64,000 nt of DNA. Origin: an uncultured Hyphomicrobiales bacterium. Its GTDB lineage: Bacteria > Bacteroidota > Ignavibacteria > Kapaibacteriales > UBA2268. How positions within the stretch are numbered: the stretch's first letter is position 1; the number at the start of each line of letters is the position of its first letter. Positions 9,055 to 18,213 of this stretch are shown here, piece by piece. The DNA is taken from assembly GCA_964637845.1 (NCBI GenBank), contig CAZWXI010000005.1:494-64493 (forward strand), in the 5' to 3' direction. Below the pieces are notes generated by a model that did not search any database, was not told where the DNA came from, and saw only the letters and a list, made by a program, of their open reading frames with translations. The position numbers and the translations under genes are program-made.

Positions 9055-9138
9055 GCTCGGATGGCGGAATAGGTAGACGCACAGGACTTAAAATCCTGTG
9101 GGCATTTGCCCGTGAGGGTTCAAGTCCCTCTCCGAGTA
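9055..9138 (+). tRNA. tRNA-Leu (anticodon UAA), type II with long variable arm; CCA not encoded
   Basis: Hand-folded as follows. Acceptor GCTCGGA/TCCGAGT (G1:U72). D stem GCG/CGC with loop GAATAGGTAGA. Anticodon stem CAGGA/TCCTG with loop CTTAAAA. Variable arm GGGC-ATTT-GCCC. T arm GAGGG-TTCAAGT-CCCTC. Discriminator A. Total 84 nt. Confidence 0.9.
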
Positions 9139-9218
9139 CACTAATATAAGATATCATATATGCTCACTCGCATTTTTATTAAGTCTTGTTAATCAGCAGT
9201 TGGTATTAAACAGTTACT

Positions 9219-9323
9219 CGTCATTCTGAGCGTAGCGAAAAATTCAAAAAATCCCTCCCGTCATTCTGAGCGTAGTGGCGAAGGAACAAGTTTTTCATGG
9301 TTCCTTCGCTACGCGCAGAATGA
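9219..9323. repeat. REP-like palindromic element: two direct CGTCATTCTGAGCGTAG copies, the second forming a long hairpin with an inverted copy
   Basis: Copy A is at 9219-9239. Copy B (9259-9287, CGTCATTCTGAGCGTAGtggCGAAGGAAC) pairs with 9300-9323 (GTTCCTTCGCTACGCGCAGAATGA). That gives about 24 bp with one mismatch, a 3-nt bulge and a 12-nt loop. The element sits between the convergent tRNA-Leu and pepT. Confidence 0.7.
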
Positions 9324-9408
9324 TAAAGGCAAAGATTTGTTAAAAAAAATCAGAGCGAACCCTCAAGCTCGACCCATTTAGTTTTACAACGTTTTGCAAT
9401 TTTCGTAA

Positions 9409-10662
9409 TTACTGACTTTTTTCGTACCAAATCTGCGAAAGGTGTATAATTGTTTCTACAGATTTTTGGAGATAATCTATCGAAACCCATTCTGTCTTGC
9501 TATGGAAATTCTGTCCACCAGTATATATATTCGGTGTGGGTAGTCCCATTGCAGTTAGCCGCGATCCGTCGGTACCACCTCGTATAGGGCTCCAATATGG
9601 ATTTATTCCTGCTCGCTCACATGCTTCCCAAAGATAATCCAATCCGTCGGGTTGAGATTCGAGCAAATCAAGCATGTTCCTATAATATTCAATAATCTCT
9701 AATTCCAGTTTTATCTTAGGGTGATTAGCTTGTACTTCGGCAATAATATTTTCCATCAAAGTTTTCTGTTCATCGAGTCCCTCAGTCTTGAAATCCCGTA
9801 AAAGTAAGTGCAACTCAGAATGTTCAACAGTTCCGGTGACTTTATGCGGATGGATGTATGGCTGGTATCCTGAAGTTGTCTCAGGAGCCATATCTTTGGG
9901 AGTAAACGCAATTATATCGGCAATCGCACGAATTGAATTAACCATGATATCCTTAGCGTAGCCGGGGTGAATGTCGCGTCCCTTAGCACGTATGATGCAG
10001 GCATTAGCGGAAAATGTTTCTTTGTTGATTTCTCCGGGGAGTTCTCCGTCTATGGTATAAGCATATTTGCAGTTGAATTTCTCAACATCAAAATAGTTCG
10101 CGCCTTTCCCGATTTCCTCGTCTGGTGTAAATCCGATTCTAATGTCACCATGAATGATATGTGGATTATCAATCAAGTATTTCGCGGCTGTCATAATTGC
10201 TGTTATTCCGGATTTGTCATCTGAGCCCAAAAGCGTCATGCCGTCAGTGGTTACTAACGTATGTCCGATACATTTCTCTAATCCTTTCGATTCCGCAGTA
10301 GTTATTACAACGCTGTTATCGGCGGGAAGCACGATGTTGCCGCCTTTGTAATTTTCGATGATTTGAGGGTTCACATTAGCTCCCGTTGTATCGGGTGATG
10401 TATCGACATGTGCTATAAATCCGATTGCGGGGACTTTTCCGTATGCTGGATTATCAATTGGAATATTTGAGGGTAGTGTCGCATAAACATAACATTTGTC
10501 AGTAATCTCAACATCACTCAACCCATAACCTTTGAGTTCTTCCACTAAGAGATTTGCTAAATCGAATTGCTTCATTGTGCTTGGAGTAGTGTTTGATGTT
10601 GGGTCGGACTCTGTATCAATTTTTACGTATCTCAATAATCTTTCTAAAATCTCATTTTTCAT
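9409..10662 (-). CDS. pepT: Peptidase T (tripeptide aminopeptidase, M20B)
   Basis: 417 aa. N-terminus MKNEILERLLRYVKIDTESDPTS. Motifs FIAHVDTSPD, GSDDKSG and FTPDEEIG. Length and motifs are typical of PepT. Confidence 0.9.
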   Translation of the reverse strand: MKNEILERLLRYVKIDTESDPTSNTTPSTMKQFDLANLLVEELKGYGLSDVEITDKCYVYATLPSNIPIDNPAYGKVPAIGFIAHVDTSPDTTGANVNPQIIENYKGGNIVLPADNSVVITTAESKGLEKCIGHTLVTTDGMTLLGSDDKSGITAIMTAAKYLIDNPHIIHGDIRIGFTPDEEIGKGANYFDVEKFNCKYAYTIDGELPGEINKETFSANACIIRAKGRDIHPGYAKDIMVNSIRAIADIIAFTPKDMAPETTSGYQPYIHPHKVTGTVEHSELHLLLRDFKTEGLDEQKTLMENIIAEVQANHPKIKLELEIIEYYRNMLDLLESQPDGLDYLWEACERAGINPYWSPIRGGTDGSRLTAMGLPTPNIYTGGQNFHSKTEWVSIDYLQKSVETIIHLSQIWYEKSQ

Positions 10663-10768
10663 AAATATACTTTAAAATTTGTAAAAAAATATTTTACAAA
10701 ATATCAATTTTTCACTGAATGTGCAAGTACACCATGATTTTTGTTGTTGATGACGTTATGAATTTTCA

Positions 10769-11602
10769 TTATAATAAAATCAACAATATAATGCCCCCAC
10801 CTAAAGCAATTCTATAGTATATAAACAGAAATGTGCTGTGCTTTTTCAAAAAGTTTATCAGGAAATCAATTGAATAGTAGCCGCTGATAGCCGAGAATAG
10901 CGTCGCCACAATCAAGTTAATTGTATCATTGGCGTCAATATAAGCGAAAGCCTGATAAACGTTGAGCAATCCACTCGCCAAAATTGCAGGTATAGAAAGC
11001 AAAAATGAGAATCTTGCCGCAGTCTCGCGATTCAATCCAGCGAAAAGTGCCGCGGTAATAGTTGTCCCCGAACGTGACGAACCTGGTATCAAAGCCACAC
11101 ATTGAGCCAACCCGATGATGATGGTGTCCCAAATCGTAATCTGTTCCATATTTTTAGTTCGTTTAGATACCTTTTCGGCAATAGCTAAAATAATTGCCAA
11201 GATAATCAAACTTCCCGCGATAACATTTAGTTCCTTAGTGAAACTACCCTCGATAAAATCTTTAAACAATAGTCCGATAATTATGATTGGCATAGTACCG
11301 ATTATGATTAACCATCCCATACGTGCATCACGACTTTGTACCTTATATGATTTACGTTGATATATATTTTCGGTTAGGAACGCTCTCGGGATACGATAGA
11401 TTTCATGCTTGAAATAAATGAGTACAGCCGTAATAGTTCCCAATTGTATAATGGCTATGAAAGCAGTCCACTTTTCGGGTGAATCGGGGTCAATTAATCC
11501 CATTAAATGCCCCGCAAGCGTGAGATGAGCAGTACTGCTTATCGGTATAAATTCTGTAAGTCCTTGTATAATTCCTAATAGTATTGCTTCTAATATTGAC
11601 AT
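10769..11602 (-). CDS. uppP: Undecaprenyl-diphosphate phosphatase
   Basis: 277-aa polytopic protein. ILLGIIQGLTEFIPISSTAHL and PGSSRSGTTI are BacA/UppP signatures. Confidence 0.92.
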   Translation of the reverse strand: MSILEAILLGIIQGLTEFIPISSTAHLTLAGHLMGLIDPDSPEKWTAFIAIIQLGTITAVLIYFKHEIYRIPRAFLTENIYQRKSYKVQSRDARMGWLIIIGTMPIIIIGLLFKDFIEGSFTKELNVIAGSLIILAIILAIAEKVSKRTKNMEQITIWDTIIIGLAQCVALIPGSSRSGTTITAALFAGLNRETAARFSFLLSIPAILASGLLNVYQAFAYIDANDTINLIVATLFSAISGYYSIDFLINFLKKHSTFLFIYYRIALGGGIILLILL

Positions 11603-11714
11603 TTAAAGTTTTTTTGATTTTGGAAAATTAATATTTGTAAAGTACGGTATAAATTCATATTTTAAAAATTTTGTATTATGCACATTGGCATATTTTATGA
11701 TTGATTTGACATAA

Positions 11715-12749
11715 ATGAATGGATTGAACAAGAATTTATTGAAATGGTCGCTTACGTTTATTCTCGTCATCGGCTCAACATACTTAGCGGTTAAGGATAT
11801 TGACTTCGGCGAATTAGTGCTTGTGCTAAAAGGAGCAAACTATTTCTGGGCAATAGTACCGATACCTATAATCGTTTTATCACATTTCGTGAGAGCTATT
11901 CGTTGGAAAACTATATTAAAACCCATTCAGGACCCTGGCCCAACGATTAATTTATTCTCGGCAGTAATGGTAGGATATTTTTTCAATGCTATTTTCCCTC
12001 GACTGGGAGAATTAGTGCGCCCTTATGTGTATGCCAAAAGACAAAAGACCTCTGTATCGAGTGCTTTTGCTACAATTATTGTGGAACGGGTCATTGACGT
12101 GTTCACACTCGGTTTTCTATTCGTTATAGCATTCATCGTTTCGCGACATAAAATCGTAAATATGCTTCCTGGTATTGATTCCGAAAGAATTATTTATTTT
12201 TCGATTTTTATTCTTGTAATCTTAGTATTCGGTTTTTATCCTCCATTTGTTAATGGCGCTTTACGAATATTTGTTAAGCCGCTGTCCGAAAAGTTATTCG
12301 AACGGCTTTCGGATATGTTTATTAAATTTCGTAAGGGCTTTACAATCATCAAAACACCGGGATCATATATAAGACTGACCATAGAATCGCTGCTAATCTG
12401 GGCATGTTACGCTCTGCCGATGTATATTATGTTTTATTGCTTCGATTTTCATACATACATTGACGTTCAATTGGCTGACGCTTTATTCTTGGTTATCGTC
12501 TCAGGCATTGGAGTGACGATAGCGCCTACTCCAAGTGGTATCGGAGTGATGCACTTTTTGATAATGTATGCCATGATGGGACTATACGGTCTTCGTGAAG
12601 AAACCGCTTTGGCTTATGCCGCAATCAACCATGCTGTGGGTTTGATGGTGCAAATAACCGTAGGCGGCGCATTTCTATTCAGAGAACGTTCAGCGAAGTT
12701 GTCACTAAAGCCAACTATTGACAACGCAGACCTCGAAACTCAGCCTTGA
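11715..12749 (+). CDS. Flippase-like (UPF0104 / lysylphosphatidylglycerol synthase TM-region) membrane protein
   Basis: 344 aa with multiple TM helices and the HFVRAIRWKTILKP motif typical of this family. Confidence 0.6.
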   Translation: MNGLNKNLLKWSLTFILVIGSTYLAVKDIDFGELVLVLKGANYFWAIVPIPIIVLSHFVRAIRWKTILKPIQDPGPTINLFSAVMVGYFFNAIFPRLGELVRPYVYAKRQKTSVSSAFATIIVERVIDVFTLGFLFVIAFIVSRHKIVNMLPGIDSERIIYFSIFILVILVFGFYPPFVNGALRIFVKPLSEKLFERLSDMFIKFRKGFTIIKTPGSYIRLTIESLLIWACYALPMYIMFYCFDFHTYIDVQLADALFLVIVSGIGVTIAPTPSGIGVMHFLIMYAMMGLYGLREETALAYAAINHAVGLMVQITVGGAFLFRERSAKLSLKPTIDNADLETQP

Positions 12750-14353
12750 TTGGGAAGTTTTGGTTCTACAATCAAAACATTTTCCTTTGTAACGACCACT
12801 GCTCCCGGATTAGCCCCTTTCGGCTTGCGAACATATTTTTTGTATGTGTAAATTACGGGTACAAGTTTGGCATTTCTTGCTCCACTATAATATGCCGCTA
12901 TCTGTGCAGCTTGTTCAAGGATGTATTTTGGGGGCTTATCGTTTATGTGCATCTTCAAGACCACATGTGAGCCGCTTGTACCTCTTGCGTGCAGCCAAAT
13001 ATCATTTGGTTTTGCCATTTTCATGGTTAACTCATCATTATTTGCGGCACTTTTACCTACAAATACCACAAAACCCTCTGTTAACTCGAATCGGCGAAAT
13101 TTTTCATCAGGTGTCTTTTTTATGTCAGGCATTTTGGAGCGTAGCAGATGTTTGTAGGTCTCTGTGAATTTTTCTAATAATTTAATGTTGTTGATCTGTT
13201 CAAATTCGGCAATTGCCTGTTTAATTTCTTCAATTTGTGCGACAACTTCGGGAATTCTTTTTTCCCGGATCCTTAGCTCACTCTCGGCAATTCTCATCTT
13301 TTTATAGTAAAATCCAGCATTTTTAGTAAGTTTCAATTTCGGGTCTAACTTAATAACATAAATCTTGCCTTCATCGTCCCGAATTTCGATTGAACTACCA
13401 TGAGGGATGGAGGCAAGCGGATGCGACATCAGCAAATCGCCAATTTTTTTGTATTCCTCGTAGTGCTTAATGACTTTATCGTGGTTCTGGATTTTCCCAA
13501 GGTGACTCGTTTGTCTTTTAAGCATGAAATCCAGACTTTTCCTGATTTCATTCGCTAATGAAGCAAAACTACGTGATTTGAAGTTTTTTGATATAGTGAA
13601 TCCGATAGCTTCGCTAAGGGTATCGAATTTTTTGATTAGCTCGAGTGATGACAATTGACTTAGTGACAGCAGAAAATTATCGTCATCATGAAAAACGAGA
13701 AATTCGGGGTCATAAATCAGTTTATCTCGGAACCTGTCGCAATTTTCGTGTAAAATGTCAATTTCGTCCGCAGTTAAATCACCCAAAGATTTATCAGAAT
13801 TAATTTGCGACGCTGTCAATATCTCATCGGCATAATAACTCCCAAACAGATAATCTGAACCACTGACAACTTTCTTAACTGGTGTATCGTAGGAAAAATC
13901 ATTTAAGGATGGCAAAAAACGAACTTCAAGTGAAAATTTTGTACCCAAAAATTCTTTGCAATTTTTGAAGCAATCAATTATTGTGTCATCATGATTCGTT
14001 ACGAAAACATTGCCATTTTCGCCGCCGAATAATACAATATACACAACTGTATTAATAAACCTTAATCTTATAACTCTCTCTTTTTCAACTACTTCACACG
14101 ACTGGAATAATTCATCGGTCAGTTCATGCAAAAGTGACATGCTGTTTTTGCCTGCTCTTGCAAATTCATTTTTTATATAAACTGAGTCGTTTTTAGCGTC
14201 AGTACAGAATATAATGAATTTAGAAACTTTGCCGTCACTGAATTCCATAACCAAAGAATCTTTTTCTTGTGTCCAGCAATCCTTTACGGCAAATCCTGAT
14301 AAATTATTTATTTCACGACAAAGATGCAATAATGTATAATAATTCCTAATCAT
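12740..14353 (-). CDS. rqcH: NFACT-family protein (RqcH/FbpA-like, ribosome quality control)
   Basis: 537 aa. NFACT-N-like N-terminus, central coiled coil, and a C-terminal DUF814/NFACT-R motif NDIWLHARGTSGSHVVLK. Confidence 0.7.
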   Translation of the reverse strand: MIRNYYTLLHLCREINNLSGFAVKDCWTQEKDSLVMEFSDGKVSKFIIFCTDAKNDSVYIKNEFARAGKNSMSLLHELTDELFQSCEVVEKERVIRLRFINTVVYIVLFGGENGNVFVTNHDDTIIDCFKNCKEFLGTKFSLEVRFLPSLNDFSYDTPVKKVVSGSDYLFGSYYADEILTASQINSDKSLGDLTADEIDILHENCDRFRDKLIYDPEFLVFHDDDNFLLSLSQLSSLELIKKFDTLSEAIGFTISKNFKSRSFASLANEIRKSLDFMLKRQTSHLGKIQNHDKVIKHYEEYKKIGDLLMSHPLASIPHGSSIEIRDDEGKIYVIKLDPKLKLTKNAGFYYKKMRIAESELRIREKRIPEVVAQIEEIKQAIAEFEQINNIKLLEKFTETYKHLLRSKMPDIKKTPDEKFRRFELTEGFVVFVGKSAANNDELTMKMAKPNDIWLHARGTSGSHVVLKMHINDKPPKYILEQAAQIAAYYSGARNAKLVPVIYTYKKYVRKPKGANPGAVVVTKENVLIVEPKLPNQG

Positions 14354-14354
14354 C

Positions 14355-15230
14355 TCATTCGATATTTTGTATTTGTTCTCTAATTCTTTCCAATTCCTCT
14401 TTTACTAAGACCACAAGCTGAGAAATATACGCATCTGACGCTTTAGAGCCAATTGTGTTTATTTCACGATTCATTTCTTGAAGCAAGAAATTGAGCTTTC
14501 TTCCCGATGGCTCGTTGGCTTTTACCGTTTCGTTAAAAAATTTGAAATGTGAATACAAGCGAACACATTCCTCCGAGATATCCAACTTGTCTGCCATAAG
14601 TACCATTTCTGTCTGTAACCTTTGCTCATCGTATTCGTCACTTTCGAACATTTGAGCTATACGTTGTCTTAATCTTTCTCGTTCTACAGGGATTTTTTCA
14701 ATGCCGAGCTTTTCAATTTTATTAACATTTTCACTTATTTTTTTCATTCGGTTATTGATGTCGTTTAATATCTGTTTGCCCTCTTTAATTCTCATATTGT
14801 CGAGCTTTTTAAGAGCATCGCTCAACGCTTTTGAGAGAACTTTCATGATTTTCTCTTCCTCAGCATCTTCTTCTCTACCAACGAAAAAGTTCGAGAATGC
14901 AAGCAAATTGTCGAGTTTAACAGAGTCACGGAATTTGAAGGCTTTTTTTAGTGATTGTAATTGCTCAAAAACGTGTACTGCCGCGTCATTATTAATTATG
15001 AACTGGCTTTGGTTTGCGTCAAGTTCCAATTGAACATTGAGATTAATACTGCCGCGTGTTATGTTTTTTTTGATTATGTCACGTAATTCATTTTCCCTGT
15101 GAGTTATTGCTCTCGGCAGACGGCAGTTAAGTTCTAGAAATTTACCGTTGAGACTTTTAAGCTCAACCACAATGCCTATGCCATTTTCGTTTAATTCGGA
15201 TTTACTAAACCCGGTCATGCTTTTAAACAT
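14355..15230 (-). CDS. yicC: YicC-family stress-induced protein (endoribonuclease YicC)
   Basis: 291 aa. N-terminus MFKSMTGFSK. C-terminal DUF1732 block GRKLNFLLQEMNREINTIGSKA. Confidence 0.88.
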   Translation of the reverse strand: MFKSMTGFSKSELNENGIGIVVELKSLNGKFLELNCRLPRAITHRENELRDIIKKNITRGSINLNVQLELDANQSQFIINNDAAVHVFEQLQSLKKAFKFRDSVKLDNLLAFSNFFVGREEDAEEEKIMKVLSKALSDALKKLDNMRIKEGKQILNDINNRMKKISENVNKIEKLGIEKIPVERERLRQRIAQMFESDEYDEQRLQTEMVLMADKLDISEECVRLYSHFKFFNETVKANEPSGRKLNFLLQEMNREINTIGSKASDAYISQLVVLVKEELERIREQIQNIE

Positions 15231-15233
15231 ATT

Positions 15234-15803
15234 TTATTCTTTGTGTTGTTGTTTAATGTTTTCTAAGTATTCTCTACGATATTGATTGACGTAATTTATG
15301 TAATTATAGGGAGTATTTTTTACTCTTTGCAATTCCTCGGGTTTTAGCTCTCTTATGATTTTACCGGGAACTCCTGCTATCAATGTCATCGGTGGTACGA
15401 CAAAAGCTTCACGGACAATAGTTCCCGCGGCTACAAGAGCATATTCGCCGATTTCAGCACCATCAAGAACTCTCGCACCTATGCCGACGAGACAACCTTT
15501 CCGTAAAATGCACCCGTGAACGGTAACAGAATGAGCAATCGAAACATCATCTTCGAGAATAAGTGGCCACACATTATTCGTCACGTGAAGCATGCTCAAA
15601 TCCTGAATGTTACAATTATTGCCAATGCGTATATAATGCACATCGCCACGGATGACGGTATTATACCATACAGATACGTTTTCACCTAATTCCACATCAC
15701 CGATGATGCGAACTCCTTCGCAAAGGAAGGCTGACTCCGGTATTCTAGGTGCTATTCCGTGATGCGTTATTATGCTTGCGTTTTTTCCACTTTCAAATTT
15801 CAT
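15234..15803 (-). CDS. Gamma-carbonic-anhydrase-like hexapeptide-repeat protein (YrdA/PaaY family)
   Basis: 189 aa. IIGDVELGENVSVWYNTVIRGDVHYIRIGNNCNIQD and further left-handed beta-helix repeats. Confidence 0.85.
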   Translation of the reverse strand: MKFESGKNASIITHHGIAPRIPESAFLCEGVRIIGDVELGENVSVWYNTVIRGDVHYIRIGNNCNIQDLSMLHVTNNVWPLILEDDVSIAHSVTVHGCILRKGCLVGIGARVLDGAEIGEYALVAAGTIVREAFVVPPMTLIAGVPGKIIRELKPEELQRVKNTPYNYINYVNQYRREYLENIKQQHKE

Positions 15804-15806
15804 AGA

Positions 15807-17039
15807 TTACCATGGAAGAATTTTGTCCAATTGTGTTTCAGTTAATTTAACCATCTTTGGCTTTTCGGATGCAAAAAATACTAACAATGGTTCGATAGTT
15901 ACAGCGGGATGCAGATATAAAAGAGGCATGTCATTTAAAGCATTCAGTTTCACCAGGGTACCGTCGTTCTTTCTGAGTGAGAATATACCTGCTCCTTCAA
16001 TAGTCAAACCTGCGAATGTCAGATATTTTTTACAAATCTTAAGTGGAGAGATAACCGATGATTTCAAATAAAGAGTCCATCTTTCGACTCCTTTTGAATC
16101 ATATGAATACAATCCCGAATAATATTCCGCAACGCCTGAATTAAATCCCGACGCATATAAGTTTTCTGATATATCCACCGAAATATTTCTTACTACCATG
16201 TCGATTTCGATATCATAAATTCTTTTTCCAGACAAATCAAATGAGGCAATACGCCCTAATCTGCCTGATAAAGTTTCAGTCGAACCACCCACGTATATTT
16301 TTCCGTTGTAAATTAACGGTCCCGCAAGAAATCTAAAATTTTCAATCGTAATAGTCTGCTGCAAATTCAAATTTCTATCAGTAAAAATTAATGCATCAGA
16401 CATACCAAAAAGATTGTGAGAGACACCAAAAACAACTGAATTTCCCTCCGAAGCTATCATCTTAGTAATAGATTGAGAAAATGGCAACTCGCTTTGAATG
16501 TTACCGGACGTGTCGAATTTGATAATTCTACCGTCATTTGTGCCGACGATAAAGCCGTCCTCAAGGGCAAGTATCTCGGAAAAAGTCAGAAAGTTATTAA
16601 ATTGTTCTGTTTTCAAACTTTTTTTAAACAACAATTTACCGTCTCGGTCAAGAGAGATGAAATTACTGAAATTGGTGACAAAAGCAGATTTCCCGCTTGA
16701 AATGATTAATGCTATTGCAGTAAAAGCAACTTCGCCCGGGTCCAGTTTATACTCCCAAACCGAACGAGTATCAGCAAGACGTATAATACTTCCGCCATTT
16801 GTAGCGATTAAATAATCTTGCGGCCCGAAAGCTATCGGCGGCTGAATTATCCCGGAAGAATCAGATATGTTCAACTTTTCGTTAGTAAGTATCTGTAGGG
16901 GGAAATCGCCATATTGCTCATATGACGAGGTTCTGGAGGCTCCACCATATAAATTGCAGGTGGAACCTTCGAAATCCTTTGAGCAGGAAGGCAGAAAAAT
17001 TATTAATAAAACAATTATATAAGAAAAGTTAAATTTCAA
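15807..17039 (-). CDS. Lipoprotein, probable PQQ-like beta-propeller (BamB-like fold?)
   Basis: Signal peptide plus lipobox FLPSC|SKD. Repeated motifs of the form G.I..(F/L)D..G. (GRIIKFDTSGN, GKIYVGG, SFDLSGKRIY, SYDSKGVERW) suggest propeller blades. No family confirmed. Confidence 0.35.
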   Translation of the reverse strand: MKFNFSYIIVLLIIFLPSCSKDFEGSTCNLYGGASRTSSYEQYGDFPLQILTNEKLNISDSSGIIQPPIAFGPQDYLIATNGGSIIRLADTRSVWEYKLDPGEVAFTAIALIISSGKSAFVTNFSNFISLDRDGKLLFKKSLKTEQFNNFLTFSEILALEDGFIVGTNDGRIIKFDTSGNIQSELPFSQSITKMIASEGNSVVFGVSHNLFGMSDALIFTDRNLNLQQTITIENFRFLAGPLIYNGKIYVGGSTETLSGRLGRIASFDLSGKRIYDIEIDMVVRNISVDISENLYASGFNSGVAEYYSGLYSYDSKGVERWTLYLKSSVISPLKICKKYLTFAGLTIEGAGIFSLRKNDGTLVKLNALNDMPLLYLHPAVTIEPLLVFFASEKPKMVKLTETQLDKILPW

Positions 17040-17062
17040 AAAATATTTCCGATTGAAACAAA

Positions 17063-18124
17063 TTACTTAGTTCTGACGATTCTAAATCCGATATTATTCG
17101 ACAAAATTTCAGGTATGCTTCGATTGGATGAGCGAGCATAATTAGCACCATCTGAGTAAGAACCGCCTCTGATTACTCTTCTGCTTCCATTTTCCGGACC
17201 AGTTGGGTCGATAGAAGGGCTTGAAGCATAATAATCGAAAGCATACCAATCCCAGCAATACTCCCAAACATTTCCATGCATGTCGTGTAATCCGAACTGA
17301 TTAGCGGCTTTAGTGCCAACCGGATGTGGTTTCATCCCGGAATTATCGCTTATCCAGCACATATCGTTGATTATAGCCGTACCTGCAAAATCTCCAGTTG
17401 TACCAGCTCGACATAAGTATTCCCACTCAGCTTCCGTGGGCAATCGCCAACCTTTAGCATTATCATTCCAAAGGACTTGCCCACCTACGAATCTATATGC
17501 AGTATCCAATTTCTGTGCAATCGATAGGGCATTGCAAAAGCGAACCGCATCCAGCCAGGTTATATTATATACAGGCAATCTTAAATCCGTAATCAATGAA
17601 GGATTTCTTCTCATTATCGAGCTAAATTGTCTTTGCGTGATTTCATATTTCGCTGCTATTAAATTTTTCGTTATAGTCACTTCGTGTTCGGGATACTCTT
17701 CCAATGCATTAGTATTCGACCCCATCTTAAAAGTCCCGGGTGTTGTTTCCACAGTTTCGATTGGTGGGTAATTTATTATATTAAGATTAACGCCATTGCT
17801 TAACGTGAAACCTACCTTTACGAAAACATTACCCGTCATGGCGCTGTCGGGAACACGGAATCTGATTTGGTTATTCTGCCATGAAACTGTCTCATTATGG
17901 TTGACAAAAGCATTTCCAGCTAATGTGACTTGCAGTGATGCAATACCGAAACCGAAATGCTTGCCCGATATAGTGACTGTATCACCTACATGTACAGTTG
18001 TGGGAGATATGCTTATTATTTTGGGGTCACCCATTGATACCGAAGGCGAAGCATCATTGCACGACATTATCAAAATTAACGCCCAAAGAACCAAAATGAT
18101 TTTTACAATAAATTTCATATCCAT
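17063..18124 (-). CDS. Lipoprotein with N-terminal IPT/TIG-like domain and FGE-sulfatase (SUMF1) domain
   Basis: Lipobox LIMSC|ND. ISISPTTVHVGDTVTISGKHFG is IPT/TIG-like. WRLPTEAEWEYLCRAG, GLHDMHGNVWEYCWDWY and RVIRGGSY are FGE-sulfatase family motifs. Confidence 0.8.
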   Translation of the reverse strand: MDMKFIVKIILVLWALILIMSCNDASPSVSMGDPKIISISPTTVHVGDTVTISGKHFGFGIASLQVTLAGNAFVNHNETVSWQNNQIRFRVPDSAMTGNVFVKVGFTLSNGVNLNIINYPPIETVETTPGTFKMGSNTNALEEYPEHEVTITKNLIAAKYEITQRQFSSIMRRNPSLITDLRLPVYNITWLDAVRFCNALSIAQKLDTAYRFVGGQVLWNDNAKGWRLPTEAEWEYLCRAGTTGDFAGTAIINDMCWISDNSGMKPHPVGTKAANQFGLHDMHGNVWEYCWDWYAFDYYASSPSIDPTGPENGSRRVIRGGSYSDGANYARSSNRSIPEILSNNIGFRIVRTK

Positions 18125-18188
18125 AATACCAAATTACAAATTACAAATATAATGATAATATAGATAACGTTATACGCAACTAATTTTT

Positions 18189-18196
18189 TACATTTG
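18189..18196 (+). promoter_or_regulatory. TAnnTTTG box (TACATTTG) upstream of ABC ATPase gene
   Basis: The motif ends 17 nt upstream of the ATG at 18214. Confidence 0.35.
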
Positions 18197-18213
18197 CTAT
18201 TTGTGTTTATGAT

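Noticed and set aside
9139-9408. The region downstream of tRNA-Leu, examined as a possible integration site for a genomic island or prophage.
   Set aside because: There is no integrase, no direct repeat of the tRNA 3' end and no foreign-looking genes. The next gene is housekeeping pepT, and the space is occupied by the REP-like palindrome.
17313-17771. 152-aa antisense ORF inside the FGE-domain gene. Similar long antisense ORFs occur at 47503..47967 (154 aa), 53260..53688 (142 aa) and 5333..5692 (119 aa).
   Set aside because: Each is fully embedded opposite a gene with clear family motifs. They have no RBS or promoter box and their composition is typical of antisense frames.
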